Below, in pieces: positions 46,287-64,000 of a stretch of 64,000 nucleotides of DNA (its first letter is position 1; every line of letters starts with the position of its first letter). This DNA is from the human T2T-CHM13v2.0 reference genome, Homo sapiens. The position numbers were made by a program, and so were the translations under genes. The stretch is taken from assembly GCF_009914755.1 (NCBI RefSeq), contig NC_060927.1; one strand, 5' to 3'. The notes under the pieces were generated by a model. That model was not told where the DNA came from and searched no databases. It was given only the letters and a program-made list of their open reading frames with translations.

Positions 46287-46339
46287 CCTGCCATTATCAA
46301 AACCTTATTTGAGAAGTTGCCAGAATATTTTTTTGAAAA
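46287..46339 (+). CDS. FANCD2: FANCD2 exon 7
   Basis: PAIIKTLFEKLPEYFFE; AG/GT. Confidence 0.96.
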
Positions 46340-47551
46340 GTAAGTGGCGTTATTATGGAATGTTCAAAGTACCCTGATGTACTTAAGTTCTCTCTGAAAA
46401 GGTTACTCTGAAAACTATTGGTTTCTCTGAAAGTCATATTTATCATTATATTTCTTAAGTGACTACTAAAATTTTACTGGAGTGTCTTTGAAGTTTCATC
46501 TATTAATATGACTTTGTAAAAATAGATAGGATTACTGTTAAAAGTAACTATTGGCCTGGTGCAGTGGCTCACACCTGTAATCCCAACAGTTTGGGAAGCT
46601 GAGGGAGGAGGATTGCTTGAGTTCAGGAATTCAAGACCAGCCTGGGCAATGTAGTGAGACCTTGTCTGTATTTCAAAACAGAATTTTTTTTTTTTTTTTA
46701 AGTATCTGTTGCTTATGCTCAGGGATAATCCCTAGTAGAAGGATACACAATATACTGGTAATGGTAGTTGTCTCCAAAGAGGGTAGCCAGTTGGTTGGAA
46801 TCAGGTATTTTCTGAATACTTTTCTTTACCTTTTAAATTTTGTAGTGTATGTTCAGACAGGGTCTCACTCTGTTGCCCAGGCTGGAGTGCCGTAGTACGA
46901 TCATGGCTCACTGAGGCCTCCACCTCCCAGGCTTAAGTGATCCTCACACCTCAGCATCATGAGTGCCTGGGACTACAGGTGTGCGCCACCCGGTCCAGCT
47001 AATTTTCGTGGTTTTTTTTTTTTTGGTAGAGGTGGGGTTTCGCCATGTTGCCCAGGCTAGTCTCAAAACTTCCAGGCTCAAGTGGTCCACCTGCCTTAGC
47101 CTCTCAAACTACTGGGATGTGGCCCTACCTGTTTTTTTTTAATTACTATGTTAAGAAATGAACAGCCTAATAGAAAAGTAGACAAAGGTCATGAACAGAC
47201 AGTTTACAAAGAAGAAATACAAGAACATCAAATATTTAAAAAGTTCAATTTTGTTAGCAATCAAAGGCACAAATTTAAAACACTGTATCAAAATAGTAAA
47301 TAATAACTATTACACAGTAAAATAAATGCATTTTTTCCTACTCTCAAAGGGTCTCCTTGTTGAGTGTAGTGAATAGGCATGCTTGTACGTTGCTAGTGAG
47401 CATATAAATTAGTTCAGGCATCGATTCGGAAGAGCAATAGATTGTATGTGTCAAAAACCTTAGATTTTGCATACCCTTTAATCCTAATGTCATGTCTCCT
47501 CATTTATCCTAAGATAATAACTGTGAATGAAAATGAAATAATATTAGTTTA

Positions 47552-47654
47552 GTGCTTGCTTTGGCAGCACGTATACTAAAATTGGAACAATACAGAGATT
47601 AGCATGGCCCTTTTGCAAGGGTGATACCCAAATTTGTGAAGTGTTCCGTATATT
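47552..47654 (+). pseudogene. U6 snRNA pseudogene in FANCD2 intron 7
   Basis: gtgcttgctttggcagcacgtatactaaaattggaacaatacagagattagcatggccc...gtgaagtgttccgtatatt: near full-length U6 with CpG decay and a small deletion. No upstream PSE/TATA recognised. Confidence 0.92.
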
Positions 47655-47806
47655 GAAAAAGATTACTCTTTAAAATAAAGAAATGTAAATAATTGAGATG
47701 TTCAAAAAATAGAAATATTATGTGCACATTAATAATTGTAAAAAGAATTAGTTAATATCATACATTAATTGAAAAAAACAAACCCAGGTTACACATAGCA
47801 CTTATA

Positions 47807-47842
47807 TTAGGTTGGTGCAAAAGTAATTGCAGTTTTTGCAAT
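47807..47842 (+). mobile_element. MADE1 (mariner-derived) half element
   Basis: ttaggttggtgcaaaagtaattgcagtttttgc matches the Hsmar1/MADE1 terminal repeat, preceded by TA. Confidence 0.8.
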
Positions 47843-47973
47843 AAGTAGTTCAGTATTTTGTTTAAAAAAGAAGATACACACATACACATATGTATATTAA
47901 TAGTGTACCTTTCTGGAATGACAGGATTATAGTCATTTTTATGTTCTCCTTTTTAATTTTTTCAGAGTCCTGA

Positions 47974-48228
<255 letters not shown>

Positions 48229-48565
48229 TGATCTGCTTGCCTCAGCCCCACAAAGTGCTGGGATTGCAGGAGTGAGCCACTGCACCCACTGAAGGTTTAT
48301 TTTTTCAAATTTGTTTTAGCTAAATGTCTCATGCTGGATGCTTTACATCCTGGCTAGTCTTTTTCAGTTAAGATTGGCTGCAATAACAAGGACCATGCTG
48401 TCAAGGAGATGGAAGTGGTCCAAAACTTTAGATATAGGAGGCTCGAAGGAAGGTGGAAACTATCATATTTGGAAAAATGATAATTGAGCCAACATTTCTT
48501 TATTTATAAATGATTTTTAGTACTTTTATAAATATAATCTAATTTGACTTTCTATGTTCCCTTAG

Positions 48566-48875
<310 letters not shown>

Positions 48876-49270
48876 TGACTTATGCTTGCCTTTTTAAGCA
48901 CTTACTGCGTTGATGTTATTAGTGTCTTACCTTTTAAAAATACTTGTCATATTCAGTTTTTAAGATTTATTAACATTGTCTTTTTAAAAATTATTATTAA
49001 GAGATGCTGTCTAGCCCTGTCATCCCTTCTCTCTAAATCCTCCCTGGATGTAGTCACTGTTCATATTTAGCATGTCTTCTAGACATTTTTCTTAACATAC
49101 GTAAGCATGTATCTCCTGCATCTTGGGTATCACTTGTGTGTCTAGTGCAGTGCCGAATGCATAGTAGGTGTTCGGTAAATGTTAATGGAATGGCTAAAAT
49201 ATTTTGTGCAGTATTAATGCTTGCTGTTATTTTGACCAGAAAGGCTCAGTTCCCTGTTTTCTCTTCCTAA

Positions 49271-49489
<219 letters not shown>

Positions 49490-49705
49490 TAATTTGAGAA
49501 TCATAGATACTTCACCCTTTAAATTTCAGAAAAGTTTAAATACGAAGAGTAGATATCATTTATTAAATAAATTAAATATTTGGGAAGATTCTTTTTCAAA
49601 GTACAGAGATAAATGACTGTGTTTATTTCTCAAATAATTTCAGCTCTGCATTTCACACGTAGGTAGTCTTTCTTTATTCTGGGTAATGTGCTGCAGTTCT
49701 AATAG

Positions 49706-49873
<168 letters not shown>

Positions 49874-50019
49874 TGAGGCTCAGCTATGGGGGTTCTATCA
49901 CTGCAGTATGCAAAGAGCAGTAGTAATATGGTCTCTTCTATCTAAAAAGAGGATGATACCCCCCTTCATGAGTAGGGTATGGGATTTGACTTAAAAAAAA
50001 AAGGTATATATTTGAATAG

Positions 50020-50272
<253 letters not shown>

Positions 50273-50865
50273 TGATCCGCCCTCCTCGGCCTCCCAGAGT
50301 GCTGGGATTACAGGCATGAGCCACCGTGCCTGGCCCCATGTACTTTCTTTTAAATGGTATACCTGTTATGAGCGTGAAGTCTGGCTTAGGATTAGATATC
50401 TAAATTTGGCCAGTGGAGAAGTTGACCATGATCCCTTAAGTTTCATTAACTTGTTCTTCAGGGGGTCCTTAACCCTGGCTGCACATTAAAATCATTTGTG
50501 GAGCCTATTAAACATCTACCTTCTTTGGGTTCCTAGGTGATTCATTCTAATGCACAGTCCTGCATCAGACCGCTTGCGGAGACCCATTGCTTACTGTCAT
50601 TCATTTGAAAAATAGTAATTGGTAGGGAAGTATTGAAGAAGGGGAGAACAATATCCCTAGGTAATAAAGTTTCCATCTTAATGCAACTTTTTATTGTACT
50701 AGAAGTATTTTTTTTAAATTCAGTTTGTAATACTTCCTTTTGTATAGTTGTCTGCAAAGCTACCTCCAAAACATCCAGTGATTTCTTGCCCTCATCCTTT
50801 TGGGCAGGATGCTCCTTCTGGGCAAAGTACTACGCCATCCACTTTACCTGCCTGATGCCAGCTCA

Positions 50866-51027
<162 letters not shown>

Positions 51028-51622
51028 TCAAAAACATACAAAAATTAGGTGGGCGTGGTGGTACGCACTTATAATTCTAGCTACTCAGGAGGCTGAGATG
51101 GGAGGATCAATTGAGCGTGGAAGGTCGAAGCTACAGTGAGCTGTGATGACACCACTGTAACTGTACTCAAGCCTGGGCATCAGAGTAAGACCCTGTCTCA
51201 AAAAACAAACAAACAAAAAAAAAAGCAATCTATCACTGTCCTTCTCACTATGTTGTGCTCCTGTAGCACCACCTACATGTGTCTCTCATACTTATCAGAT
51301 TTCATTGTAAATGTTTTGGGTTTTCTTTTTCCTTTTTGCGGGGAAGGATACATACCAAACTAAATAGTGGTGTTCTCTGGGTAGTGGGGATTGTGATGGA
51401 AGGCTTCTTGTTTCTACTTTTATTATTTGAATTTTTATAATGAGCATGTATTATTTTTTGCAGTCAAAACAATTTTTAAAGAAACATACTATAAACGGTA
51501 ACTTAATGGCAACTAAGTATGTCCTTTATTTTCATACTCTAATAAATGATTTTCTCAAGTCATTGTCTGCCCAGCTCTGTTCAAACCATTATACAACTTT
51601 TTTCTTTTTCTACCATTCACAG

Positions 51623-51710
51623 TGACCTACTGATAGAGAATACTTCACTCACTGTCCCAATCCTGGATGTCCTTTCAAGCCTCCGACTTGACCCAAACTT
51701 CCTATTGAAG
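51623..51710 (+). CDS. FANCD2: FANCD2 exon 10
   Basis: [30 protein letters not shown]; AG/GT. Confidence 0.96.
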
Positions 51711-52558
51711 GTAGAAAAGACTCAGCTTTCCAGAAACAGAGCCAGCTTTCCAACCTCCCAGAACAAGTGTCAGTCAGTCATTGCCTTGGGAGTAATGAAT
51801 ATTTCATTTTGAAACCATAGTGAATCACATTTGATATCTCTCTTTTTTTTTTTTTTTCCCCTCAATGAGTTTCAGATGCTATTCTATGGTAGAGTCACAG
51901 GTCTGTTTTTTTTTTTGAGACGGAGTATCACTCTGTCACCCAGGCTGGAGTGCAGTGGTGCAATCTCCGCTAACTGCAACCTCTACCTACCAAGTTCAAG
52001 CAGTTCCCTGACTCAGCCTCCCAAGTAGCTGGGGTTACAGGCACCTGCCACCACTCCCGGCTAATTTTTGTATTTTTAGTAGAGACGGGGTTTCACCATA
52101 TTGTCCAGGCTGGTCTTGAACTCCGGACCTTGTTTTCCACCCCCCTCGGCCTCCCAAAGTGCTGGGATTACAGGCTTGAGCCACCGTGCCTGGCCCACAG
52201 GTCTGTTTTTAAGCAGTAAGTTTTGAGTGGAAATCTTCCATGTTGTCTGAGTCATACCTGCTTCCCATAGGAATAATACTTTTTATGCCTTACTGTAGCC
52301 AGTTGAGAATTTAGGCTCTAAATGTAAGATAATAGCTCTGTTTCACATTTATTGCCCGTCTATTTTTGATGAAGCTGTGGTATTAACAACTAAAAGATTC
52401 TAATTTGGGGAAAAATCTAAAATTTTGTTTTTCCCTAAATTATAAGTGGGAAGATGGAGTAAGAGAAGTGATTTTTTTCTAATTTTATCTAACAGTTCAG
52501 TACAAAGTTGAGGTAGTGACATGAAAACCTATTAAGTTTCTGTGCTTTTAATTTTTAG

Positions 52559-52663
52559 GTTCGCCAGTTGGTGATGGATAAGTTGTCGTCTATTAGATTG
52601 GAGGATTTACCTGTGATAATAAAGTTCATTCTTCATTCCGTAACAGCCATGGATACACTTGAG
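52559..52663 (+). CDS. FANCD2: FANCD2 exon 11
   Basis: [35 protein letters not shown]; AG/GT. Confidence 0.96.
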
Positions 52664-52941
52664 GTATGCTCTTATATCCCATCACACCTAGATAAAGCAA
52701 CTTAAGTGCCAATTGCTCTTCTCTGTCCCCAGACTAACTGAGAATACTGACTAATCCGGATAGCATTCAGAGGAGAGAATGGAGCTATTCAACAGATTCA
52801 TTGATCTATATAAGCTGCTATAAGTTACATTTACTCTTCCTGTGTAGTACCTCACAGAATTCTGAAATTTTGGGTATGATGTTCTATGACATTGCATTGG
52901 CTATTCTCATAACTCTATTTTTCAAAATGTCCAACATTTAA

Positions 52942-53151
<210 letters not shown>

Positions 53152-53325
53152 TAAAGAGCTCATCCTCACACAGGATGTCACAATTTTCTGACATCCCACT
53201 GTCAGAGTTAGAGCTTAATACTACTACAAATAATGATACTATTATGACATTTACATCTAGTATTATATTGTTTTTCAAATTACATATATGTATGTGAGTA
53301 TGTATGTGTTTATATATTTTCTTAG

Positions 53326-53610
<285 letters not shown>

Positions 53611-53828
53611 TGATTATCAAGGAGGAAATGAGTGGCAATTAGTGACAGATGTATAACTGAGGTAGACTGAAATAAAAATCTCAAAACTCATTCAAGTGGA
53701 AATGATAGCTGATGGTTGCCAGATGGACACATTGGCTCTTAGATGAGATAACAGGGCATGCTGAATAAGGTGTAACGTGTTTCGCTGATGTGTCATAATA
53801 TTTTTGTGACTCTCTCCTGTTTTTTCAG

Positions 53829-53864
53829 GCAATTGAAAACACTGCCTCAGTATCTGAACACAAG
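53829..53864 (+). CDS. FANCD2: FANCD2 exon 14
   Basis: AIENTASVSEHK; AG/GT. Confidence 0.95.
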
Positions 53865-55130
53865 GTAATGTTCATGTACTATGCATTTTCAGTATTGCAG
53901 ACTTAAAAGTAATGACATTGGCTAGCTTGCCTTCCCACTGTCTTTCTTTCTCCCCCCTCCAGTCACTCTTCTCTCTCTTCCCTAGTTGCTCTAATAAACA
54001 TTAGCTGTCTGGGGAAGATAATCTGAGGTGGCGACTGGCCAGATAGCCTGCCCCTACTCACTCTGGCTATAAAATAAGCCTACAGTATCCACAAGGGGAA
54101 ATACTAACAGTGTAAACAAGCACATCAAGGTGCAGTCAAAGAAGCCAGGTCCCCACTGATGAGATGAAGAAAATAACCACCTAAGTCTCAGGTCCCTGTA
54201 TCTGCCTAATTGCCCTTCCTTCCACTCAGCACCACTGTCAAGATAATGGCATTCCATGTTTTACTTTACTTTGCTCATGTAGACCTGACTAGAGTAAATC
54301 AATCTGTCCACTGTCAAGGCAGTGGTACTGGATCTTATGTCTCTATTAATTCTAGAAATACCTTCCATCAAAAAGCCAGATGATTGGCCGGGCGCGGTAG
54401 CTCACGCCTATAATCCCAGCACTTTGGGAGGCTGAGGCAGGCGGATCATCTGAGGTCAGGAGTTTGAGACCAGCCTGGCCAATGTAGCGAAACCCCGTCT
54501 CTACTAAAAATACAAAAAAAATTAGCCTGGCCTGGTGGCACACGCCACTGCACTCCAGCCTGGGCGACAGTGCAAGACTCCATCTCAAAAGATAAAAAGC
54601 CGGATGATTGAGTTCCTTAGGTGCTGATTGGTTGCCTTTAAAGATTTTTCTTTGGTTGGAATCTGTTTTGTGGGATTTTTGTTAGTTTTGTTATCCAATT
54701 TTGGGATGATTATCTTAAAAGCTTTCATGATGCTGAATAAAGCAATGAAAATTCAGAATTTTTTCTGGTGAAAAATATCAAAGTACTCCAACACACTGTT
54801 TTTGGTTTTGGATAAACATAAATTTACCACCTTGGCTGCCTGCATACCTATTTTTACATATTTGTAATCATTGTATAAATATAATTTGTATTCTTACTTT
54901 TTTTTCTTAACATTTTTTCTCCTGTCATAAATATTTCAAGGTCTGCATTGTCTTCATTGTTATCTTTAATGACTGTATTCTGGTCTAATAACTCAGTTTT
55001 GGTGTCCTAAGAAGTGGAGCATTCAGTTAAGATAAGTAGTAAAATTTTTTTTGTTTTTTCTTGTTTGTCCTGCTTGCCTTTTTAACTGTTTTTTTTTTTT
55101 TCCTGGAAGCATAGACTCAGGTTGCCCTGA

Positions 55131-55373
<243 letters not shown>

Positions 55374-55407
55374 TAGCCAGGATGGTCTCAATCTCCTGAC
55401 CTCATGA

Positions 55408-55900
<493 letters not shown>

Positions 55901-56057
55901 AGTAATTTTCCTAGTAATACTGAAAATACATACTGTAGTTGGCAACAAATACACGCTGGAGTTGGCAAGTGATTGAATCTTTCTTTTAATAAATGTCAAG
56001 ATGTTCAGAGTTACTTCTGTAGTAATATCACTTTCATGCATATTGCTCTGTATTCTT

Positions 56058-56352
<295 letters not shown>

Positions 56353-56579
56353 TGCTCTGTATTCTTAAGGGGTATCAATGGTTAACAGTTGTGGCACTTT
56401 ATTTATCTGAAAAATATTTCTGAGTTTTGTGAAAAGTGTAGATACTCCCAGGGGAGTGTGTGGAACAAATGAGCATTATCCATTCTGTGTTTTAATTAGA
56501 GGAAAAGCTGCTGTTTCATTGTAGCAAATGTACTGATTTGTTAACTGTTTTTCTGTTGTTGCATATTTATTGACAATAG

Positions 56580-56741
<162 letters not shown>

Positions 56742-57916
56742 TGATTTTTAATCTAAAACAGAAAGCTTTACAGCTCTCATGTAAAATTTCATCTTATTTC
56801 AGTCCATTGTTCAAACCCATTGAGATTTTTGAATTTTGTTTTTGCATTAATCATTTTAATTGTCTATCTCAATGCAGTTTGCAACTTTGACAAACTGGCC
56901 TTCCGTATCCTATTTAAGTAGCTTATAAAAACCTTGAGGGGAATAGGACCAGCCTGTAGAAACTAGTAGAAATGTAAATATGTACCTATTTGAACTATCA
57001 CTCTTTAGCCATTCAAAACTGTGGACTTTAGGTGATAATTCCTCTAGAAATGTAAATTATTCAAAGTGGAATTTTATAAGCTAGGAATAGTGTTTTGCCA
57101 GCTGAACGTTCAGGATATTAGCAGTATAGAACTTAGAAAACTGGATGGGCCAGTGGTTTGGGGTTTGGGTTAGGAGCTAATGAGAATACCTCGCTGGGTC
57201 TTAAATTTTATATTTAGGAATAGATTTAACGGTTGTATTATTTTATCTTGCAGTTCTTTCTGTGTTTATTTCTGCCAATTATACATGTTTTGGGCTGTAA
57301 TTTTCTAGATGCAGAAACCACATGTAATTTTTCATTGCATTTTCCCCAATAAAGCATTATACCCAGCTTAGTACTAAATATAAGATTTTTAAAAATTATG
57401 GTATCAATAAGGAAGCTATGTTTATTAACTGGTTATTTAGTCTGGGTCCATTAATGTCTATGTACATTGAATTATTGGTAGGTTATGATCACTTCTCTTC
57501 TTGATCTTCTTTTAAAAAAATCAGCTTAGTTAGCATTGAACCTTATAGACCTACTTCAAATTATAACCAAGGTGGAACATCCCTGGGGGTAGTATGATTG
57601 CATGGGGAAACTGGGATTTAGAACATCTGGCCTCCAATCCCAAATTGAGCAGATAGGAATGTTCTATTAGGCTTGTAATTTAACTTCTTTGAGCTTAAAA
57701 GTCAATTATTATCCAAACGTGGAATCCCATTGATGCTGAGAGTAATCTCAGAATGATGAAGGATTATTTTTGTGTAAAACAAAGATTAAGATTTCCTAAG
57801 TTAAAATGAGAGCTAGGGAGGAGAAGTCTGACATTCCAAAAGGATAAGCAACTCTTAGGTTGTGTACTAACTGTTTCCTACAGCTTCTTTTCTCTCTCTA
57901 CTCTTCCCCACTCAAG

Positions 57917-58051
57917 GTTCTTAAGGATATGTGTTCATCCATTCTGTCGCTGGCTCAGAGTTTGCTTCACTCTCTAGACCAGAGTATAATTTCATTTGGC
58001 AGTCTCCTATACAAATATGCATTTAAGTTTTTTGACACGTACTGCCAGCAG
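57917..58051 (+). CDS. FANCD2: FANCD2 exon 16
   Basis: [45 protein letters not shown]; AG/GT. Confidence 0.96.
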
Positions 58052-58297
58052 GTATGTTGAAACATTTATTTTGGCAAGGAGGGAACACAGAAAGGGAAAA
58101 TAATCTGATGTTTATTTCTTGTTGGTTGGAACTCACTGAAGGGGAAGGAACTCTGACCTGGGTCTCAAGAAAGCTCAATTCTAGTCCCAGCCTTGATGAA
58201 AGGAAGAGACTTGACTGGTGGCTCTAACTCTGTGTTCTGAGCTCTAAAATTCTCTGTCTGAAATTAAGATCCAGATCTAGTCCATTTCAAAACATGA

Positions 58298-58483
<186 letters not shown>

Positions 58484-59373
58484 TAGTAGACACAGCGTTT
58501 CACCATGTTGGCCAGGCTGGTCTCGAACTCCTGACCTCAGGTGAACCGCCTGCCTCAGCCTCTCAAAGTGCTGGGATTATAGGCGTGAGCCATTGGGCCT
58601 GGCCGAGACACATTTTAATAGCATATATCCAGAGAGGGAGGACTGTATTTGTGGAAAATGTTTATGAAAGCAAGTAAAGAACAGTGTCTTATTTTGTATT
58701 TTTACATATATTCTTCCTGTCATTAACAATGTTAAAACGCATTTGAATGGAACTTTTAAAATGAAGATTTGTAAAAAAATTTTAAACATTTAAAGTAGAG
58801 CAATAGTTGCAGCTGACATGAGGTAGCTGTTGCAGTTGAAAATGTAATTCTGTTATGACTATTATGGAGTGACAGTATAAAGGGAGAATGGCATCTAAGA
58901 CATTTCTGGACCCTCTTAATGTCTTAGAGACACTGTCATAATCCATGTTTGCTTGGAAACATGCAAGTCTAGCCTGTACTATATGGAGAAAACCTTTAAA
59001 GCTTTTAGCTCCTTGAGTGCCATCTTTTTGAGGAATTTCAACTGATCTTGTACAACCTCAACCTAAAGGGTAAAATTTAACCCATATGGGAAAAAGAAAG
59101 AGGAAAACTACGCCAAGGAGCAAAATCAGGAGGGCTTAGGTAGAGCTCACTGATAAAATATGGGAAATAGGTCAAGATGGGATGGTCAAGTTACACTGGC
59201 ATATTCCTAAATCTCCTGAAGCCAACATTAATGAAAACTAGATAATAGGTGATGGGTTTGGGTTGATTGTGATTTTAACAAAGTAGAGATTGGAGAGGCC
59301 TTGGGGGTGAATCCCTTTAGAATGGCCATCCATATTTTGTTTTACACTGTTCTGTTGACTCTCCCCTGTATAG

Positions 59374-59529
<156 letters not shown>

Positions 59530-59619
59530 TAGATATTGAATACTATAATTGGTGGGAGGTGGTGGGAAGGAGGTGAGATGATGGGCAAGTAATATAAATA
59601 AAAAGTGACTATTCTATCT

Positions 59620-60340
59620 ATGTGTTAATTCATTCAGCAAACACTTCTTTATACCTAACCTACAGGCTAATCTCTATTCTGGGTGCTGTGAATGTAAAGT
59701 AGGCCCTTACCTTTCATGTTAAAGACTAAGACACATAAGCAAGTCACTATAAATACAACATGGTGAATTCTCTGGTAAAGTACTATAGATATAACAGAGT
59801 AAGAATAATTAAATTTAGCCTGGGAAGCTGGAGAATTCTTCAAAGAGGCAATGTGAGTGATTGCTGAAGGATGGGAATGACTGACAAGAGAAAGTATGGG
59901 AAGTGCGTTCTAGGCAGAGAAGAGTTTGAGCAGAAGCAAACTGGTGCCCAAGTCAATGGTGTGACTGAGGAATGAGAAGCAAACAAGCATGACTGGAGAA
60001 TAGGATATATATGGAGAGGAATGATTGGAGGCAAGGCTGGTAAGACATAGGACAGGCCCATGTTGCAAAGAGTCTCAAATAACATGCTAAAGAGTTTCAA
60101 CTTTATTTTTTAGACAATAAGGAGCTATTACTAGTTTTTACATACAGTTGACCTAATCTACTCAGCATTGAGAGATAACTCAGTAGGCTATATGATGGGT
60201 GGATTGGAGACTGCTGAAATGGTCTAAGGGAGTGAGAGTAAGGGCCAGATTTTGGTCACGGGAATGTAGAAGAAATTATGGCTTAAGAGACAATTTGGTG
60301 TTAGAATTAACATGACTTGGTGACTGTTAAGAATATGTGG
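59620..60340 (-). mobile_element. Degenerate L2 element (resumes at about 61420-61720 after Alus)
   Basis: aattcattcagcaaacac terminus and purine-rich L2-type tracts (gagtttcaactttatttt...gacttggtgactg). Confidence 0.6.
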
Positions 60341-60823
60341 CGGTCCGGGTGCGGTGGCTCATGCTTGTAATCCCAGCACTTTGGGAGGCCAAGGCGGGCA
60401 AATCACGAGGTCAGGAGATCAAGACCATCCTGCCTAACACGGTGAAACCCCGTCTCTACTAAAAATACAAAAATTAGCCGGGCATCGTGGCGGTCGCCTG
60501 TAGTCCCAGCTACTCAAGAGGCTGAGGCAGGAGAATGGCGTGAACCCAGGAGGCGGAGCTTGCAGTGAGCCAAGATAACACCACTGCACTCCAGTCTGGG
60601 CGACAGAGCAAGACTCTGTCTCAAAAAAAAAAAAAAAAAAAAAGGCTTAGAAGAGCACAGACATTTTGAGAAGGTTAAAGTTTAAGTGGCAGATGAAAGC
60701 AAATGTCCATAGAAGGAAAATGAGAAACCTGGAAGATTAATAATGTGAGCTTAAAGGATGTCAGGTAGCAAAAGCCCAGGAATGAGTTTCAAGAGTGAGG
60801 GATTGGCCGGGCACAGTGACTCA

Positions 60824-61114
<291 letters not shown>

Positions 61115-61161
61115 TCACGCCTGTAATCCCAGCACTTTGGGAGGCCGAGGTGGGCGGATCA

Positions 61162-61487
<326 letters not shown>

Positions 61488-62348
61488 TTAGGATACCTCT
61501 GGTAACCTCTGAGAGAACAGTGTTAATTGAATTATAAGGGTGGAAGCCAGAGAGCAGTAACTTGAAGACTTGGGGAATAGAGTCAATGTCGAGAAGCATC
61601 AAGGAGGAGAGAATAAAAAAAGTAGCTTGAGAAAGAAGCTGGTTGTGAGGGAGATATTTTTTAGATGAGGAGGTTTGAGATTGCTTGTAGGCTGAGAGAA
61701 AGGATTCAATAGAGAGGAAGAAATGGAGATTTTTAAAAATTAATTAAAAGTTTACAAAGCTGTTTTATTACTTTTTCCTCAGACAAACCATGAAAGGTAG
61801 TATAGCTATTATTATCACCATGTTATAGATGAGAAAAGCTGAGGCATTTCCCAAGGTCACAAAGTAAATAGTTTCCTTGTGACTCCTTCCAGATCTGTAG
61901 AGAAAGGAGAAATAATTCATTGAGTAGAAGCTGGGAAGGGATGATATGGCAAGGAATAGGGTAAAGACATAACTTTTGGTAGAATATTGTTTTCACTGAA
62001 AAAAAAGGGAAAGGTGGAGGTAAAGAATACCGAGAACTGGGAGGTGCATTAGAATGACTAAGCAGTAGATGATTAAAGCCCAGGATTGTGGTTCAGAGTG
62101 AAGAGGATAAAGAAAACTTTATGTTTCCTGATAGTTAGTTCCTAGTCTCTGATAATAAGAGATTTAGAAAGTTGTAAGAATTTTCCCAGTTTATATCCAG
62201 TCTATCAAACCTTTGGGCTCTGAGCATAGCTTTTAGAACTTGAGCTTTGAGCTTTTAAGGGAGCTAAAAAGTTTTAGATACCTGGCTATCTATGTGTGTC
62301 TCTTTTACAGGGATTTTAATTTTTTGAATTTTAAGGGAAAAATGTTAG

Positions 62349-63564
<1,216 letters not shown>

Positions 63565-64000
63565 AATTTTTTTGTATTCTCAGTATTTTGTATTAATTTT
63601 AAACCTCTTGAAATTTGCTAGAAAAAAAAAAACAAGCAAATGATAGATTTCCTAGTGTGTAGTAGTGGAAATGGAGTACATAGCCATAGTACTAGCATTT
63701 TTTTTTCTTACCACAAACATTAAGTGCCTATTCTGTGCCAGGCACTGATATATTAGATCCTCTGCCCTCAAAAAGCTTTGTCTGTTAGGGTAGAGATGGG
63801 TCTGTGATCAGCTAACCATGAAACTGTTCAGTTTCTGAGTGCAGTGGGGACACAGAATTGCCTTGTTTTCTAAGAAACATCTCCATCTAATGTGAACTTC
63901 ACGTGGGCTTGCTTTTGTTTGTGGGCGCCATTCACTGAAAAAGCCAGGCTGTAATCCCAGCACTTTGGGAGGCCAAGGCAGGCGAATCACATGTGCCCTG

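Noticed and set aside
53890-54335. Possible LTR-like element in FANCD2 intron 14
   Set aside because: I could not match it to a family or confirm termini and TSD by eye.

Overview
Alu-rich primate (very likely human, 3p25 by gene content) genomic DNA. The right half (36.4-64 kb, + strand) is the 5' part of FANCD2: non-coding exon 1 and coding exons 2-18. All junctions are GT-AG and the cumulative CDS is 1656 nt (codons 1-552). The left half is a mosaic of duplicated and decayed blocks: (i) a direct-orientation unprocessed FANCD2 paralog (exons 15, 16 and the 3' end of exon 18) from 1 to at least 6.2 kb, probably to about 12.6 kb, containing a processed cytochrome c pseudogene of ancestral type; (ii) a tandem array of at least five decayed MARK/sperm-motility-kinase (Smok)-like units with a repeated GC-rich promoter module and an 87-bp in-frame repeat (12.6-23.7 kb); (iii) the last two exons of CIDEC on the minus strand (27.5-33.7 kb); (iv) a frameshifted copy of EMC3 exon 1 head-to-head with FANCD2. 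My best candidate for an under-described system is a duplicated EMC3/FANCD2 bidirectional promoter. Each copy appears to have kept one functional partner, and the dead EMC3 exon beside FANCD2 is positioned to splice onto CIDEC exons, giving a chimeric transcript one stop codon short of an in-frame fusion. The individual pieces (FANCD2 pseudogene, CIDECP1) are, to my recollection, already annotated; the joined interpretation is inference. Gene and repeat names come from recalled sequences, not a database search.
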